NCBI RefSeq assembly: GCF_006345805.1
Contig: NC_043000.1
Coordinates: forward strand, 56,854,001-56,918,000
Direction of reading: 5' to 3'
DNA: 64,000 nucleotides
Source: Octopus sinensis
Lineage: Eukaryota
Shown here: positions 39,299 to 51,666 of the stretch, piece by piece
Position numbering within the stretch: position 1 is the stretch's first letter
Layout of the letters: every line of letters begins with the position of its first letter
Translations under genes and position numbers: made by a program
Notes under the pieces: generated by a model
The model's database searches: none
What the model saw: the letters and a program-made list of their open reading frames with translations, nothing else
Told to the model about the DNA's origin: nothing

Positions 39299-39800
39299 TG
39301 TCTGTCCCTCCCCCATCGATTGACAACCAATGCTGGTGTGTTTACTTCCCCATAGCTTACGGACTGGTAAGAGATACCAATAGAATAAGTACTAGGCTTA
39401 CAAGGAATAAGTCCAGGGACCAATTTTATTGGCTAAAAAAACCCTTTAAGATGGAAGATGGTGCTCTAGCAAGAAGGCCACAGACTAGAAAGAATGAAAA
39501 AAAGAATAAAACTCATCTAGGCAGCTGCCCTAGCATTGTTGCAATACAATGACAGACTGGAACAAAATCAAGAGAAATAAAGAATAAGCACAAGACCAAA
39601 ACTAATTTGGTGGATGAATGGGTAGATGGGTGGATAACAATTTGATTATATCGACCACTCCCACTCACTTGCCCAGTACTTGATACTTGACTCAAACTTT
39701 ATTTTGCTGACCCCGAAGATGAAAATTAAATAGTCAGCAAATTTCTTAACATATTCATTTACCGAATTGTTTGGTGTGACTAGTATTGAATTTTAAATTC

Positions 39801-39863
<63 letters not shown>

Positions 39864-40299
39864 GTGTGTGTGTGCATGTGTGTGTGTGTGTGGTGTGTAA
39901 TTTATGAGCATGAATGTATGTATATACAGTGTATTTTATGTGAGCATATGTGAAACCTGTGTGTTTTGTGTGTGTGTGTGTGTGTGTGTGTGTATGCATG
40001 TGACTGTGTATGTATGTTTCATGTGCATGCGTGTATGTGATTGTTCAGTATGCACATGGTATATGGGATAGGTGGTGATGGTGGTGGTGGTGTGTATGTG
40101 TGTGTGTGTGTGCGTAGTATTGGTGGTGATTGTGTGCGGTATGGTGATGTGTTCTGCACAAATGTGTGTATGCGTATGTGTATGTTTGCATATGCATGCA
40201 TTTGTATGTTCTGTGAGTATATGTATGTGTGGTGAATTTCTGCATTAGTCTCTGTGTGGCATATGCTGTGTGTGTGTGTGTGTTTGTGCTATGTGTTTG

Positions 40300-41330
40300 T
40301 GTGTGTGCATAATTGGCATATTCTGTGTGTATGTATGTGTAGTGTGTTCTGTATATGTGTGTATCATTTGTGTGTGCGTGTTTGTAGTGTTGTACTGTAT
40401 GTGTGGTGTATGTCTGTGTGTGCTGTGTGTTATGCATATGTATGTGTGTGTGTAAATGGCATATTCTGTGTGTACGTATGTATAGTGCATTCTGTATGTG
40501 TGTGTTGTTCTCTGTGTGTGTTTGTAGTGTTGTACTGTAAGTGTATGTGTGGTGTATGTCTGTATATGTCGTGTGTTATGCATGGGTATGTGTGTGTAAA
40601 TGGCATATTCTGTGTGTATGTATGTATAGTGTGTTCTGTATGTGTGCGTTGTACTCTGTGTGTGTGTGTGTGTGTTTGTAGTGTTGTAGTGTATGTGTGG
40701 TGTATGTCTGTGTGTGCTGTGTGTTATGCATGTGTATGTGTGTGTGTGTAATTGGCATATTCTGTGTGTACGTATGTATAGTGCATTCTGTATGTGTGTG
40801 TTTGTAGTGTTGTAACGTTGTACTGTATGTGTATGTGTGGTGTATGTCTGTATATGCCGTGTGTTATGCATGTGTATGTGTGTGTAAATGGCATATTCTG
40901 TGTGTATGTATGTATAGTGTGTTCTGTATGTGTGCGTTGTTCTGTGTGTGGGTGTGCGTGTTTGTAGTGTTGTACTGTATGTGTGGTGTATGTCTGTGTG
41001 TGCTGTGTGTTATGCATGTGTATGTGTGTGTGTGTGTAAATGGCGTATTCTGTGTGTATGTATGTATAGTGTGTTCTGTATGTGTGTGTTGTTCTCTGTG
41101 TGTGCGTTTGTAGTTTTTACTGTATGTGTGGTGTATGTCTGTGTGTGTTGTGTGCTATGCTTGTGTATATGTGTTTGTAAATGGTGTATTATGTGTGTAT
41201 GTGTAGTGTATATCTGTATGTGTGTTGTGTATGTTATGTGTGCATATGTGTGAATAATTGGCATATTCTGTATGTGTATGTATCTACAGTGTGTTCTGTA
41301 TATGTATTTGTTGTTCTCTGTATGTGTGTA
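40300..41330. repeat. (TG)n-derived ~145-bp tandem satellite, about 7 units
   Basis: Anchor GGCATATTCTG or a variant at 40315, 40458, 40602, 40754, 40890, 41042, 41183 and 41260. Confidence 0.88.
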
Positions 41331-41619
41331 GATGTGCGTGTTCTCTCTCTGTATGTAAGTGTGGAGGTATGTGACTGCAGCAAATTCTTTTTGTTAAGAC
41401 ATTAATTAATTAATTCCCTGAAATGAGAATAATTGTTATGGTGGGAAGGAAGTGGAGGTGTGCAGGTTTTTATTATTTTTTTTTCATGCTATATACTTCT
41501 TTTTTACCTCTTTGATCTGAGTGAACTGGTTAGCAAACTTTTAAAGTAAATTAGTTTAATTAGGTCAAGAAAGTAACAAAAAAAAAGTTTTGATTACTAG
41601 CTGATACTATTACTACTAC

Positions 41620-41970
41620 CATAGCTGAAAGCCTCGACAGTGGTGGTGGCATTGATGATGATGATGATAATGATGTTGCTGCTGCTGGTGCTGGTTGTAG
41701 TGGCAATAGTGGTGATGATGATGATGGTGCTGCCGCTGCTGGTGATAGTGATGACGGTGTTTGTGGTGGCAGTGGCGGTGATGATGATTGACAACAATGA
41801 CGGTGATGAGGATGGTGTTGGTGATGGTGACAATGATGACGATCATGATGATGATGGTGATGATAACAATAATGAGAGTGATAATGGTGATGATGGTGGT
41901 GGTGACAATGATGATGATGATGGTGGTGGTGGTGGTGGTGGTGGTGGTGGTGGTGGTGGTGATTGATGAT
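41620..41970. repeat. Cryptic trinucleotide repeat (TGA/TGG)n
   Basis: Mixed GAT/GGT/GCT triplets ending in pure (GGT)n. Confidence 0.9.
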
Positions 41971-42375
41971 GAGAATAAGCATAACCATAGTAATCATTTT
42001 TAATTAAGCATAAAACACCTTCAGTCATGAGAATATAAAAAAACTATTCTAAAAAAAATTCACTTTCCCCTCTTCTCCTTCCCCTTTGCCTCCACCTCTC
42101 CCCAGGGTACCTATTAAAGTAAATTTTGGTTAAAGTAGTAGAATGGAAAAAAGAAAGAAAGAAAGAAAAGGAAGGAAAGAAAGAAGGAAGAAAAAACTAC
42201 ATTTTGATTAATCTCACAATTAATAGTGATCTCTCAGATTAGCAAAGAGCCACGAATTTGTTGTGGAAAGTGATATAGTATGGATTGAATCAATACTTGT
42301 ATATATGACTGGTATTTATTCTACCATTTTGCCCCAGCATGCCGGTTAGAAACTAGTAAAAGATAAAGAGTAAAG

Positions 42376-42650
42376 AACCCCTCCAGTCATGAATGACTAT
42401 GTGATTGCACATAGAAAGTTTCCCTCCAAGGTACAAGTCCAAGCAAGCTTGTTTAAGACCAGCAGTTGTCCATGCATACCAGCCTCCACTCTCCATGCCA
42501 CCGATGTTATCCAAGGGAAAGGCAAAGACCAATACAGCTTGACACCAGTGATATTGCAACTCATTTCTACAGCTGATTGAACTTGAGCAATGTGAAATAA
42601 AGTGTCTTGCTCAAGAACACAATACACAGCTTGGTCCGCAAATTGGACTC
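42376..42650 (-). mobile_element. SINE C2
   Basis: Reverse complement of 55471-55792, sharing the C-type core with a different 3' region. Confidence 0.75.
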
Positions 42651-42672
42651 ACTGTAAAAGTATAAAAGTAAA

Positions 42673-43050
42673 TCTCTATATATATAAAGCTGAAGTTGTC
42701 AGTGTATGGCAGGTTTGGTAGCCTTCCTCCGAGACCCTGCAGCGCAAGTTGACTAAAGTTGAGAGTATGATAGAAGAAGGCTCGCTCTTCCTTCTGTAGA
42801 AGAAAAAATTCAAATCGGACCATGTTAAAAGCAAAAATTATTTACATCAAAAAGGTGCTTTTTTTTCTATGAAAATCCCTATTTTTTACAATTTTTTTAC
42901 TGCTGTGTCACCATTTTTCGGTGTATTTCAACCAGAAAAATGTTCACTTAAAGAGAATAACAAGCTACATAATGCAAAATTTTTACTTTTCAAAAATTCC
43001 AATTCTAAAGGGTCGAAACAAACCTGAGCAAAGCCGGGCGATACTGCTAG
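42673..43050 (+). mobile_element. Non-autonomous Helitron-like element
   Basis: 5' A|TCTCTATATATATAAAG, 3' CCTGAGCAAAGCCGGG hairpin followed by ...CTAG|T. This is the canonical TC...CTAG termini, AT target and no TSD. Confidence 0.8.
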
Positions 43051-43404
43051 TAATAATAATAATCCTTTCTACTCTAAGCACAAGGCCTGGAACTTTGGAG
43101 GAAGGGGATAATCGATTACATCAACCACAGTCCTCAACTGGTACTTATTTCATCGACACAGAAAGGATGAAAAGCAAAGATGACCTTAGCAGAATTTGAA
43201 CCTGGGATGTAAAGAGGGACGAAATGCCACTGAGCATTTTGTCCTGCATGTTATAATAATAAGAATAGAGTGCCCAGTAGAATTGTTACAAAACGTTTGC
43301 CTCCTTGGCACAGCCAGAATCATTAGAAAAATATTAGAGAGATGAAAAGAACAGATAACATGATACTATAGGCTGCAAATAGCAGGTTCTCCAGGAATTC
43401 CAGC

Positions 43405-43632
43405 AAAACACCATTATTATCATCATCATCCTTTAACATCTCTTTTCCATGTTGGCATGAGCTGGATGGTTTGACAGGAGCTGGCCAACAGAGGAGCTGT
43501 CCAGGCACCATGTCTGTTTTGGCATGGCTTCTATGGCTTGATGCCCTTCCTAATGCCAACCACTTTACAGAGTGTACTAGGTGCTTTTATGTGACACTGG
43601 AATATGTGCTTTTTACGTGACACCAGCACCCA
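43405..43632 (-). mobile_element. RTE LINE 3' fragment
   Basis: (ATC)n tail and GATGCCCTTCCTAATGCCAACCACT motif. Confidence 0.75.
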
Positions 43633-43654
43633 CGTTAAGAAAAATAAGAATAAT

Positions 43655-43870
43655 AATCCTTTCTACTATAGGTACAAGGCCTGATATTTTTAAGGGTGGT
43701 GATTAGCTGATTACATCAACCTCAGTAGTCAACTGGTACCTATTTTATCAACCCCAAAAGGATGAAAGGCAAAGCTGACCTCAGCTGAGTTTGAACTCAA
43801 CATAAGCACAGACGAAATACTGCTAAGCATTTTGTCCAGTGTGCTAAAAATTCTGCCAGCTCACTGCCAT
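43655..43870 (-). mobile_element. SINE B (with further copies at ~43063-43250 and ~43960-44060)
   Basis: GGATGAAAGGCAAAG core and TTCTGCCAGCTC head on the + strand. Confidence 0.75.
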
Positions 43871-44084
43871 AACAACTACGATGACGACCACAGCACAATG
43901 ACCAAAACAAATGAAAAAGAAAAGATAGGTTCTTATTTTGTTAACAGTTAGAGTAATAAAAGACAAAGCCAACCTCGGTAGGATATGAACTCAGAACAGA
44001 ACAGTAAGTAAATACTACAGGACATTTTGTACAACATTTTAACAGTCCTGCCATCCAAAGAAATTAATCATTCCTAACATTTCG

Positions 44085-44530
44085 GATGTGTGCAAGAGAG
44101 AAGTCTGCACTGGTGTGGTCATGTGATGCATATGAACAAGAACAACTGTGTAAAGAAGTACCGAGCTCTAACTGTGGAGGGAAACTGTGGATCCAGGAAG
44201 ATATGGGACAAGTGGTGAAGCATGACCTTCAGCTGTTGAATCTCAAAGAGGCAATGGCAAGTGACCGAGACCTTTGGCAATTTGCTGTGCTTGAGAAGAC
44301 ACATCAAGCTAAGTGAAATTGTAATCATGGCCAGTGCTGATGATACATAAAAGAGACCCATGCCAGTGACATGTAGAACCACTCTTAGAGTTGTTGGTGT
44401 TGAGAAGGGCATCTAGCCATAGAAACCAAGCCAAATAAGACTGGAGATTTGTACAGCTCTCTGGTTTACCGGTCCCAATAAAACAGTCTAACCCATGCCA
44501 GCATGGGAAATGGATGCTAAACGATGATGT
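44085..44530 (+). pseudogene. RTE LINE ORF2 C-terminus plus 3' UTR
   Basis: RSLHWCGHVMHMNKNNCVKKYRALTVEG, then a frameshift to VVKHDLQLLNLKEAMASDRDLWQFAVLEKTHQAK*, then the UTR and a short (GAT)n tail. This identifies the source of the many UTR-only copies. Confidence 0.85.
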
Positions 44531-45048
44531 TTATTATAATGAAGAACATTAATACAAAGCAAGAAATTTGTGGTGGATGTTATAAATTCACACAAGAAAA
44601 GGTGGTTAAACAGTTTCATTTGAATATCACCATGTCAGAAATATAGAAATATATAGTATTCAGTGGAATTAGAACAGAAAAAATTGTTCTTGGCAATGTG
44701 TACTAGGTGTACATGGAAGAAGAAACATAAGATAATTTTCCGTCACAGTTTCAGAGGCAAGACAATTTATTATGATACAATGTTGAACAAACCAAAAGTT
44801 TTTGCATTTTCAACTGACCATAAAACATATAGCTGTTCGATGCCAACAAAGAGGAAAAATAAAACAAATTTATGAGAAAATGAAATTTCACTTTTGTTGC
44901 ATTTTGGGCATTTTTTCTTTTTCTTTTTTTTGGTTTGTTGTTTAGTTTTGGTTTTGTTTATTTATTTTGCTTTTTGTTTTTTGTTTTTCCTGTCATGTTC
45001 AATTTCTCTAATTTATTCAGGTACAAAAGATACAACAATGATTATATC

Positions 45049-45564
45049 TTTTATTCATTTCACTTCTTTCAGTCATTGAACTGCAGCCATGCTGGGGCAC
45101 TGCCTTGAAAGCTTAGTAACCCCAAAACTTACTACATTTTTAAGTCTATTCGTCTCTTTTGCTGATCTAAAGAAACTAAGACCAGTTGTCAAGCAACGGG
45201 AGGAACAAATACAAACACACACACACACACATCAGTCAAGCAAATCAACCCCAGGACTTATTCTTTGTAAGTCTAGTACTTATTCTATCAATATCTTTTG
45301 CTGAACTGCTAGGTTATGGGGATGTAAACACACCAGCACTGGTTCTCAAGCGATGTTGGGGGGGACAAACACACAAACACACACACACACACACGCACAC
45401 ACGACAGGCTTCTTTCAGTTTCTGTCTACCAAATCCATTCACAAGGCTTTGGTCAGCCTGAGGCCATAATAGAAGACACTTGGCCAAGGTTCCACGCAGT
45501 GAGGCTGAGCCCAGAACCATGTGGTTGGTAAGCAAGCTACTTACCACACAGCCACTCCTGCACC
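45049..45564 (-). mobile_element. SINE A, full length, with duplicated tail segment
   Basis: Reverse complement of the family-A architecture. Confidence 0.85.
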
Positions 45565-45960
45565 TATGTATATGTATCTTGTGCTTTAGTTATATAGATT
45601 AGAATATATAAAGTGATGAAGCTGATGCCTTTCAGCAAAGCACTAATCATTTAAGTAAAGTAGTTGCAGCTGAGATTTCAAATCTTGTCATGGACAAAGT
45701 TTGTTTTAGAATGCTCTCTTTTGATGTGCACTAAATACATGTGTGAACATATATATATATATATAGATAGATGTGTGTGTGTGTATGTATATATATACAT
45801 ATATATATATATTTGTGTGTATGTATATATATACATATATATATATATTTGTGTGTATGTATATATATATATATAAATATATATATATTGGGTATCTGAT
45901 GTTTTGTTTTAGTTGCTTTTTTTGCATGTAAAATCATAGATATACAAAGGACTCTTGAAT

Positions 45961-45999
<39 letters not shown>

Positions 46000-46025
46000 C
46001 ATATGCATATGCATATATATATATA

Positions 46026-46342
46026 TGGGCAAGTGTCTTCTACTATAACCTCAGGCTGACCAAAGCCTTGTGATTGGATTTGGTAGACAGAAATTGAAAG
46101 ATGCCTGCCATACATATATATATATATATATATATATGTGTTTGTGTGTCTGTGTTTGTTCTTCCACCATTGATTGATGACTGATGTTGGTGTGCTTATG
46201 TCTCCGTAACTTAATGGTTCGGCAAAAGAGACCGATAGAATAAGTACTAGTCTTACAAAGAATAAGTCCTGGGGTCAATTTCTTTGACTAAAAGACAGTG
46301 CTCCAGCATGGCCACAGTCAAAGGATTGAAACAAATAAAAGA
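46026..46342 (+). mobile_element. SINE A, 5'-truncated
   Basis: Starts at GGGCAAGTGTCTTC and runs to the GAAACAAATAAAAGAAT tail. Confidence 0.8.
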
Positions 46343-46548
46343 ATAAAAGAATATGTGTGTGTGTGTGTGCATGTATATATATGTGTGTGTGTGTGTGTAT
46401 ACTCTCACATACACAGATATATATTCACACTTACAAACATATGTACACATAATTTAATACACACATATATAAAATGCATAGCATATACATATATAACTTA
46501 GACATACAACATATATAATTTGTACATACATACATAAAATATATAGAC

Positions 46549-46579
<31 letters not shown>

Positions 46580-46605
46580 ATACATGCATATATATATATA
46601 CATGC

Positions 46606-46675
<70 letters not shown>

Positions 46676-47252
46676 ATATACACACATACATACATACACA
46701 CACCTTTATAAATGCCTCTTCTTTATTTCATTGTCTTTTGCTTTGTAAGTTGATACAAGAAACCAAAAGCCAGACTGTAACTAAGTGATAAGATTCTTTT
46801 GTTGGTATTCAGGCAATAATCCGATAAAGTAAATATGGATATTCTGGTAAACTTTGTATATTTTTACGACTATGCTGATTTCAATGGAAGAAACTTGTTT
46901 CTATTTTCTCTCTCAATATTTTAAAAGTTGCTGTGGAGACAATTTGTGCACAAATAGTTATAGGATAATTATAAAATTAAATCTAGATGTGTACAAAACG
47001 ATCAAGTTCTGCATCCGAAAACTATAAATGCTCTCTTTCTTTTTTGCACTAGAGCAGAAATGAACTTTGGTTATCTGAATGCACAGTATGCAGATTTTTT
47101 GTTTTGTTTCTTATTTTCAGTCATTTCACTTGATGTGAATTGCTGTATCATTAAGCACTCATATATGCCATCGAATTAAATTTTTCTTCCAATTTACGAA
47201 GTGTGTCAGAAAAGTAAGAGGATTTAGTGTTTAGTTTGTTGTGCAAGCTATT

Positions 47253-47548
47253 GGAGGCACATAGCCTAGTGGTTAGAGCAGCGGACTCGTGGTTGAGGGG
47301 TCATGAGTTTGAATCTCAGACTGGGCGATGTGTGTTTATAAGCAAAACACCTAAGATCCACACGGCTTCGGGAGAAGGTAATGGCGAACTTCTGCAGACT
47401 CTTTCGCCACAACTTTCTCTCACTCTTTCCTCCTGCATCTAGCAGCTCACCTGCGACAGACCAGCGTCCCATCCAGGTGGGAACCTATACACCAGGGAAA
47501 CCAGGAAGCCGACCCTTATGTGCCAGGCATGGCTCAAGAAGGAACAAA
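47253..47548 (+). mobile_element. SINE C3, full length
   Basis: Homologous to 38706-39008. Confidence 0.85.
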
Positions 47549-47699
47549 CAAAAAAAAAAAAACAAGCTATGAGTAGTGTAGAGATTAGTAGGCTGTGTCA
47601 TCATGGGAGGTAATATCCAGGGAGTATATAACAGCAATCTCAGCTCTCTGCAGCTATAGCGTGTTTTTGCACATGCTTTTGTTAACAGCTCCTCAATTT

Positions 47700-47979
47700 T
47701 AGGCCATCAAGTGATGGACAAGGAGTAACATACCAACCTGGAGTTTCTTGCTTGCCCTGCATTCGGCAGATCTCCGCTGAGAAGAACATTGCTGTGCTGG
47801 AAGCAACCTCCTTACCCAACTAGGCTCCATGTGATTTTTTTCCTTGGGGACCCATTTTCCTGGTGTGGAAGCCATCAAGAGGACTGTAGCAACAAAGCTG
47901 CAGAGAATCCTGGGAGAAAACCTCCAGGAGTGCATGGAGGTGTGATGGCAAAGGAGGGAAAGTGCATAAGACTCAACGA
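47700..47979 (+). pseudogene. Mariner transposase C-terminal relic, truncated
   Basis: RQISAEKNIAVLE...*APCDFF, then THFPGVEAIKRTVATKLQRI...QECMEV*WQRREKCIRLN. These match the mariner YSPDLAPCDF and W..R..KC motifs. The sequence stops abruptly at the inverted arm. Confidence 0.78.
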
Positions 47980-48804
47980 GGCGAAAGAGTCTGCAGAAGT
48001 TTGCCATTACCTTCTCCCAGAGCCATGTGGATCTTAGGTGTTTTGCTTATAAACACACACATCGCCCGGTCTGAGATTCAAACCTGCGATCCCTCAACCG
48101 CGAGTCCACTGCTCTAACCACTAGGCCATGTGCCTCCAATAGCTTGCACAACACACTAAACACTAAATCCTCTTACTTTTCTGACACACTTCGTATATTG
48201 GAAGAAAAATTAAATTCTATGGCATATATGAGTGCTTAATGATACAGCAATTCACATCAAGTGAAAAGGGAAAAACTTGTAGTTTGTAATTTGGACTTGA
48301 CAATTTTTTGTGACCCCATTCCTGTTTCTTTTCTGACACACCTCATAAGTTTGAGGGTTTGCACCAATGCATAAGAAATAACTATCAATAACATACTGAC
48401 ATCAACTTGGAAGCTAAAAGTAGCACAATGCTTTTTTGTCCTTTAGTTCAGAGAATGTTAGTTAATAAGGAAGATGGAAACTTTTGATGGAATGTTCCAT
48501 TAATGTTCTTTGTTGAGGTTCTATAAAATCCTTAAAAAAACATCTCCATCATAGCCACAACTGCTCATAACAACTTCCTTCACTCCTATTTCATTTTGGC
48601 AAGTGGAAGCAAAACATTTCTTTTTAATAAGACCCATCACTCACTCACTTCTAAAGGACCAGATTTGCATAGGTCAGTTGTAATATTTAACCTTTAAAAT
48701 TAGTAAAGCAATGCAAAATAAACTTATAAATGGAACAAGCTAATAAGGGTGTTTCCATATACTTGAGCAATCTGGGAGTCAGTATAGGAGTCAAGACTTA
48801 CTGT

Positions 48805-48996
48805 TTTACTCTTTTATTTGTTTCAGTCATTTGACTGCGGCCATGCTGGAGCACCACCTTCAGTCAAACAAATTGACCCCAGGACTTATTCTTTGTAAGC
48901 CTAGTACTTATTCTATAGGTCTCTTTTGCTGAACTGCTAAGTTACGGGGATGTAAACACACCAGCATCGGTTGTCAAGCAATGTTGATGGGGACAA

Positions 48997-49049
<53 letters not shown>

Positions 49050-49214
49050 TACAATGGGCTGCTTTCAGTTTCCATCTGCCAAATCCACTCACAAGGCTTT
49101 GGTTGGCCCGAGGCTATAGTGGAAGACACTTGCCCAAAGTGCCACGCTGTGGGACTGAACCCGGAATCATGTGGTTGGTAAGCAAGCTACTTACCACACA
49201 GCCACTCCTGTGCC
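48805..49214 (-). mobile_element. SINE A, full length
   Basis: Reverse complement of the family-A architecture. Confidence 0.9.
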
Positions 49215-50769
49215 TATATCTTTAACATCTGCATCATAGTAAAAGTGAGAACTGCATGAGTCTTATATACTAGTACAGTAGAGTGACCACAATTGAAACA
49301 ATGATAACCAACAAGCCAATGAGGGAGCTACTACAGGGTTGTTCAACCTGGTAGAAATAACAGCTGGATCTCCATCAAGCTAAGAACACATTGGATAATA
49401 TAATCCTTTATACACAATGCTTACCTAAAAGAAAGAGATGGGATGGACATGGCTTGAACAACTTTGATTGCTGACCTGATTAATTTGATTCGTGATTTAA
49501 CTCTTAAGCATTCAGCTTATTCTGTCAAATGTACTACTCATCATTTTGAATTAATCATACATTATTTTGTAGTTTCAAGATTTCAATGATGTGATTGTTT
49601 ATTTTTATAATGACACTGTAGGGTAGGAGTGAGAGGCAGGATTTGGCCAGTCTGACTATAAAATGGGCAGACTATTTGGGCCAAATATAGATGGTTTAAA
49701 TGTTAAAAAGTTAAACAACTTCAGAAGAAGCCACTTATTATAATCAGAGATAATGTTATCAACTGGAAATTGTTCCCAAACTCTTTATTTGCTTAATTTT
49801 CTCAGCTGGTTATTGTTAACAGCTGAACATTGTTAAATCCAAAAGGCTCAAAGTGATCACAGTGCACAACTCTCAATGCATATATAATCATGGCTAGAAC
49901 ATCATTTGCACTGATGTTCCTTGTTTTAAAGAGTAAACATGCATTAAACATCATTGGTATATTCTAGATATCCATCAAGGGCAGTGTGTCCTATGAAAGT
50001 TATTGCATATGATTCTTGCAATAATTTCATGCCTCAGAGGAAGTCAATACCTGGCTGACATTTCTAAACAGTTGATGATAATGTGATTTATAACTTCCAT
50101 ACTGACATCATATAACCAATATTTATTATTTATCCAATGCCTCCAGAGATCTATGCTATGCCATTATAATCAGTTTTTATTCTTATTTTGTTTTTTTTTT
50201 AGGAGTGCATGAGGAAGGGGTTGGCTTTCAATTCACAAAATATTATTTCCACACATTAATAATAATACATTTGAAGATTAATTCTAAATTTTGCTGTTTA
50301 CTAGTCTTTGCCTGAGCAAGAGCAGTGCTATAAAACACAATAGTTGAGAGGTTGGCAAAAGTGTTAGAGCAGCCAAAAAAAAAAAAATAATAAATGCCTT
50401 GCATTGTCTGTATAAAGCTCTTTACATTCTAAGTTCAAATCTCACCGAATTCAACTTTGCTTTTTCATCTTTCCATGATCAAATAAAGCAGTAGTCAAGC
50501 ATTGGGTGGGATGGGCTTAGGCAGTTGTCATCACCACAGCTTCTACCATCATCATCATCATCATCATCATCATCACCACCACCACCACCACCACACCACC
50601 ACCACCACCACCACCACCACCACCACCATTACCACTATCATCATTATTTAACCATTCACTTTTCTATGCTCGCATGGATTAAATGAAATTCAGAGGTAGA
50701 TATTTTCTATGGCCAGATGTTCTTCCTGTTGCATTTTCAATTCATCCATCCATCCAACCATCCATCCAT

Positions 50770-51060
50770 CTTCTCTGCCCACTATTCTTGGGACGGTTGG
50801 TTGGGGGTAGAGTCCTCAGGCACATCTTCCATAGGGTCCTATTAAAAGCAAGCATCATCAGACTTTCAGGCTAGATTCCTAAGTGTGACCAATGAGACTA
50901 TGGACATTATCCAATGAGCTTGTTCTTAGTCTGCTCCTAGGTCTTCTGCAGGTTGACTCAGCTGGAGAAATCAGTCTTGCAACTTTTTCCTGTAACATTC
51001 TAATCACATGTCCATAAAGTCTACCTGCTTCCAAGTAAGGTAATATTTCCTCTAATCCTT
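50770..51060 (-). pseudogene. RTE-clade RT C-terminal relic
   Basis: RLYGHVIRMLQEKVARLISPAESTCRRPRSRLRTSSLDNV matches the RW.GHV.RM...GRPR..W.D motif. Confidence 0.72.
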
Positions 51061-51441
51061 CAAACACAAACAGCATGATGGCTGGATATGCTTTTAAGGA
51101 AATCTAGAAATAAACAACACCACTTGCCTGACATTGACGTTTGTTTATGAATTAGCATGCATGGTCAAGACAAGGAAGAGCATGCACACACACACATATG
51201 CATGCATTACAAGCTTCTTAGATTCCATCTACTAAATACATTTACAAGGCTTTTGTCAGTTCGAGAACTATAGTAGAAGATATTCACCTGAAATGCCACA
51301 CAACATGACTGAGTTTGAAGCTAAATGATTATGACATGAACTTGTTAACCATACAGCCATGTCTGCACCAACATATAACGCATTATCATCATCCTCATCA
51401 CCATATCCATGTTCCATGCTAGCATGGATTGGATGGTCTAA

Positions 51442-51666
51442 CCCTTTCATTACCAACCCGGCTGAAACCGGCTCTGGCTCTGTAGTACAAAAGTCTTGTT
51501 TTCATAAGTTTTGAATTAAAATCTTCCATCAAACCTTAGTGACAATTTATGTTCCTAATAAATGATAATTAATGATAACTAAGTTATATTACTAAATTCT
51601 TTGTTATATTTAAAATTAATTGAAAGAAACACAGAGCATCTCAACAGAAATATGGTAACAAAAGGG
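51442..51666. mobile_element. TTAA-flanked piggyBac-like MITE inserted in an RTE 3' fragment (51385-51830, minus)
   Basis: CTAA|CCCTTTCATTACC ... GGTAACAAAAGGG|TTAA. The RTE UTR resumes on both sides. Confidence 0.8.

Larger units (their letters stand above)
38525..39455 (+). mobile_element. SINE A carrying two nested SINE insertions
   Basis: Head at 38525-38703, remaining microsatellite at 39009-39066, tail at 39299-39455. Confidence 0.8.
47124..48266. repeat. Inverted duplication with ~286-bp arms (47124-47408 and 47980-48266)
   Basis: Each arm is ~129 bp of unique flank plus the 5' half of SINE C3. About 17 substitutions and one 2-bp indel by eye, with a 571-bp spacer. Confidence 0.92.

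Noticed and set aside
39793-42028. Long His/Thr/Val/Cys-rich ORFs, including the 208-aa ORF at 40245-40871
   Set aside because: These are translations of the (TG)n satellite and trinucleotide tracts, open in several frames on both strands.
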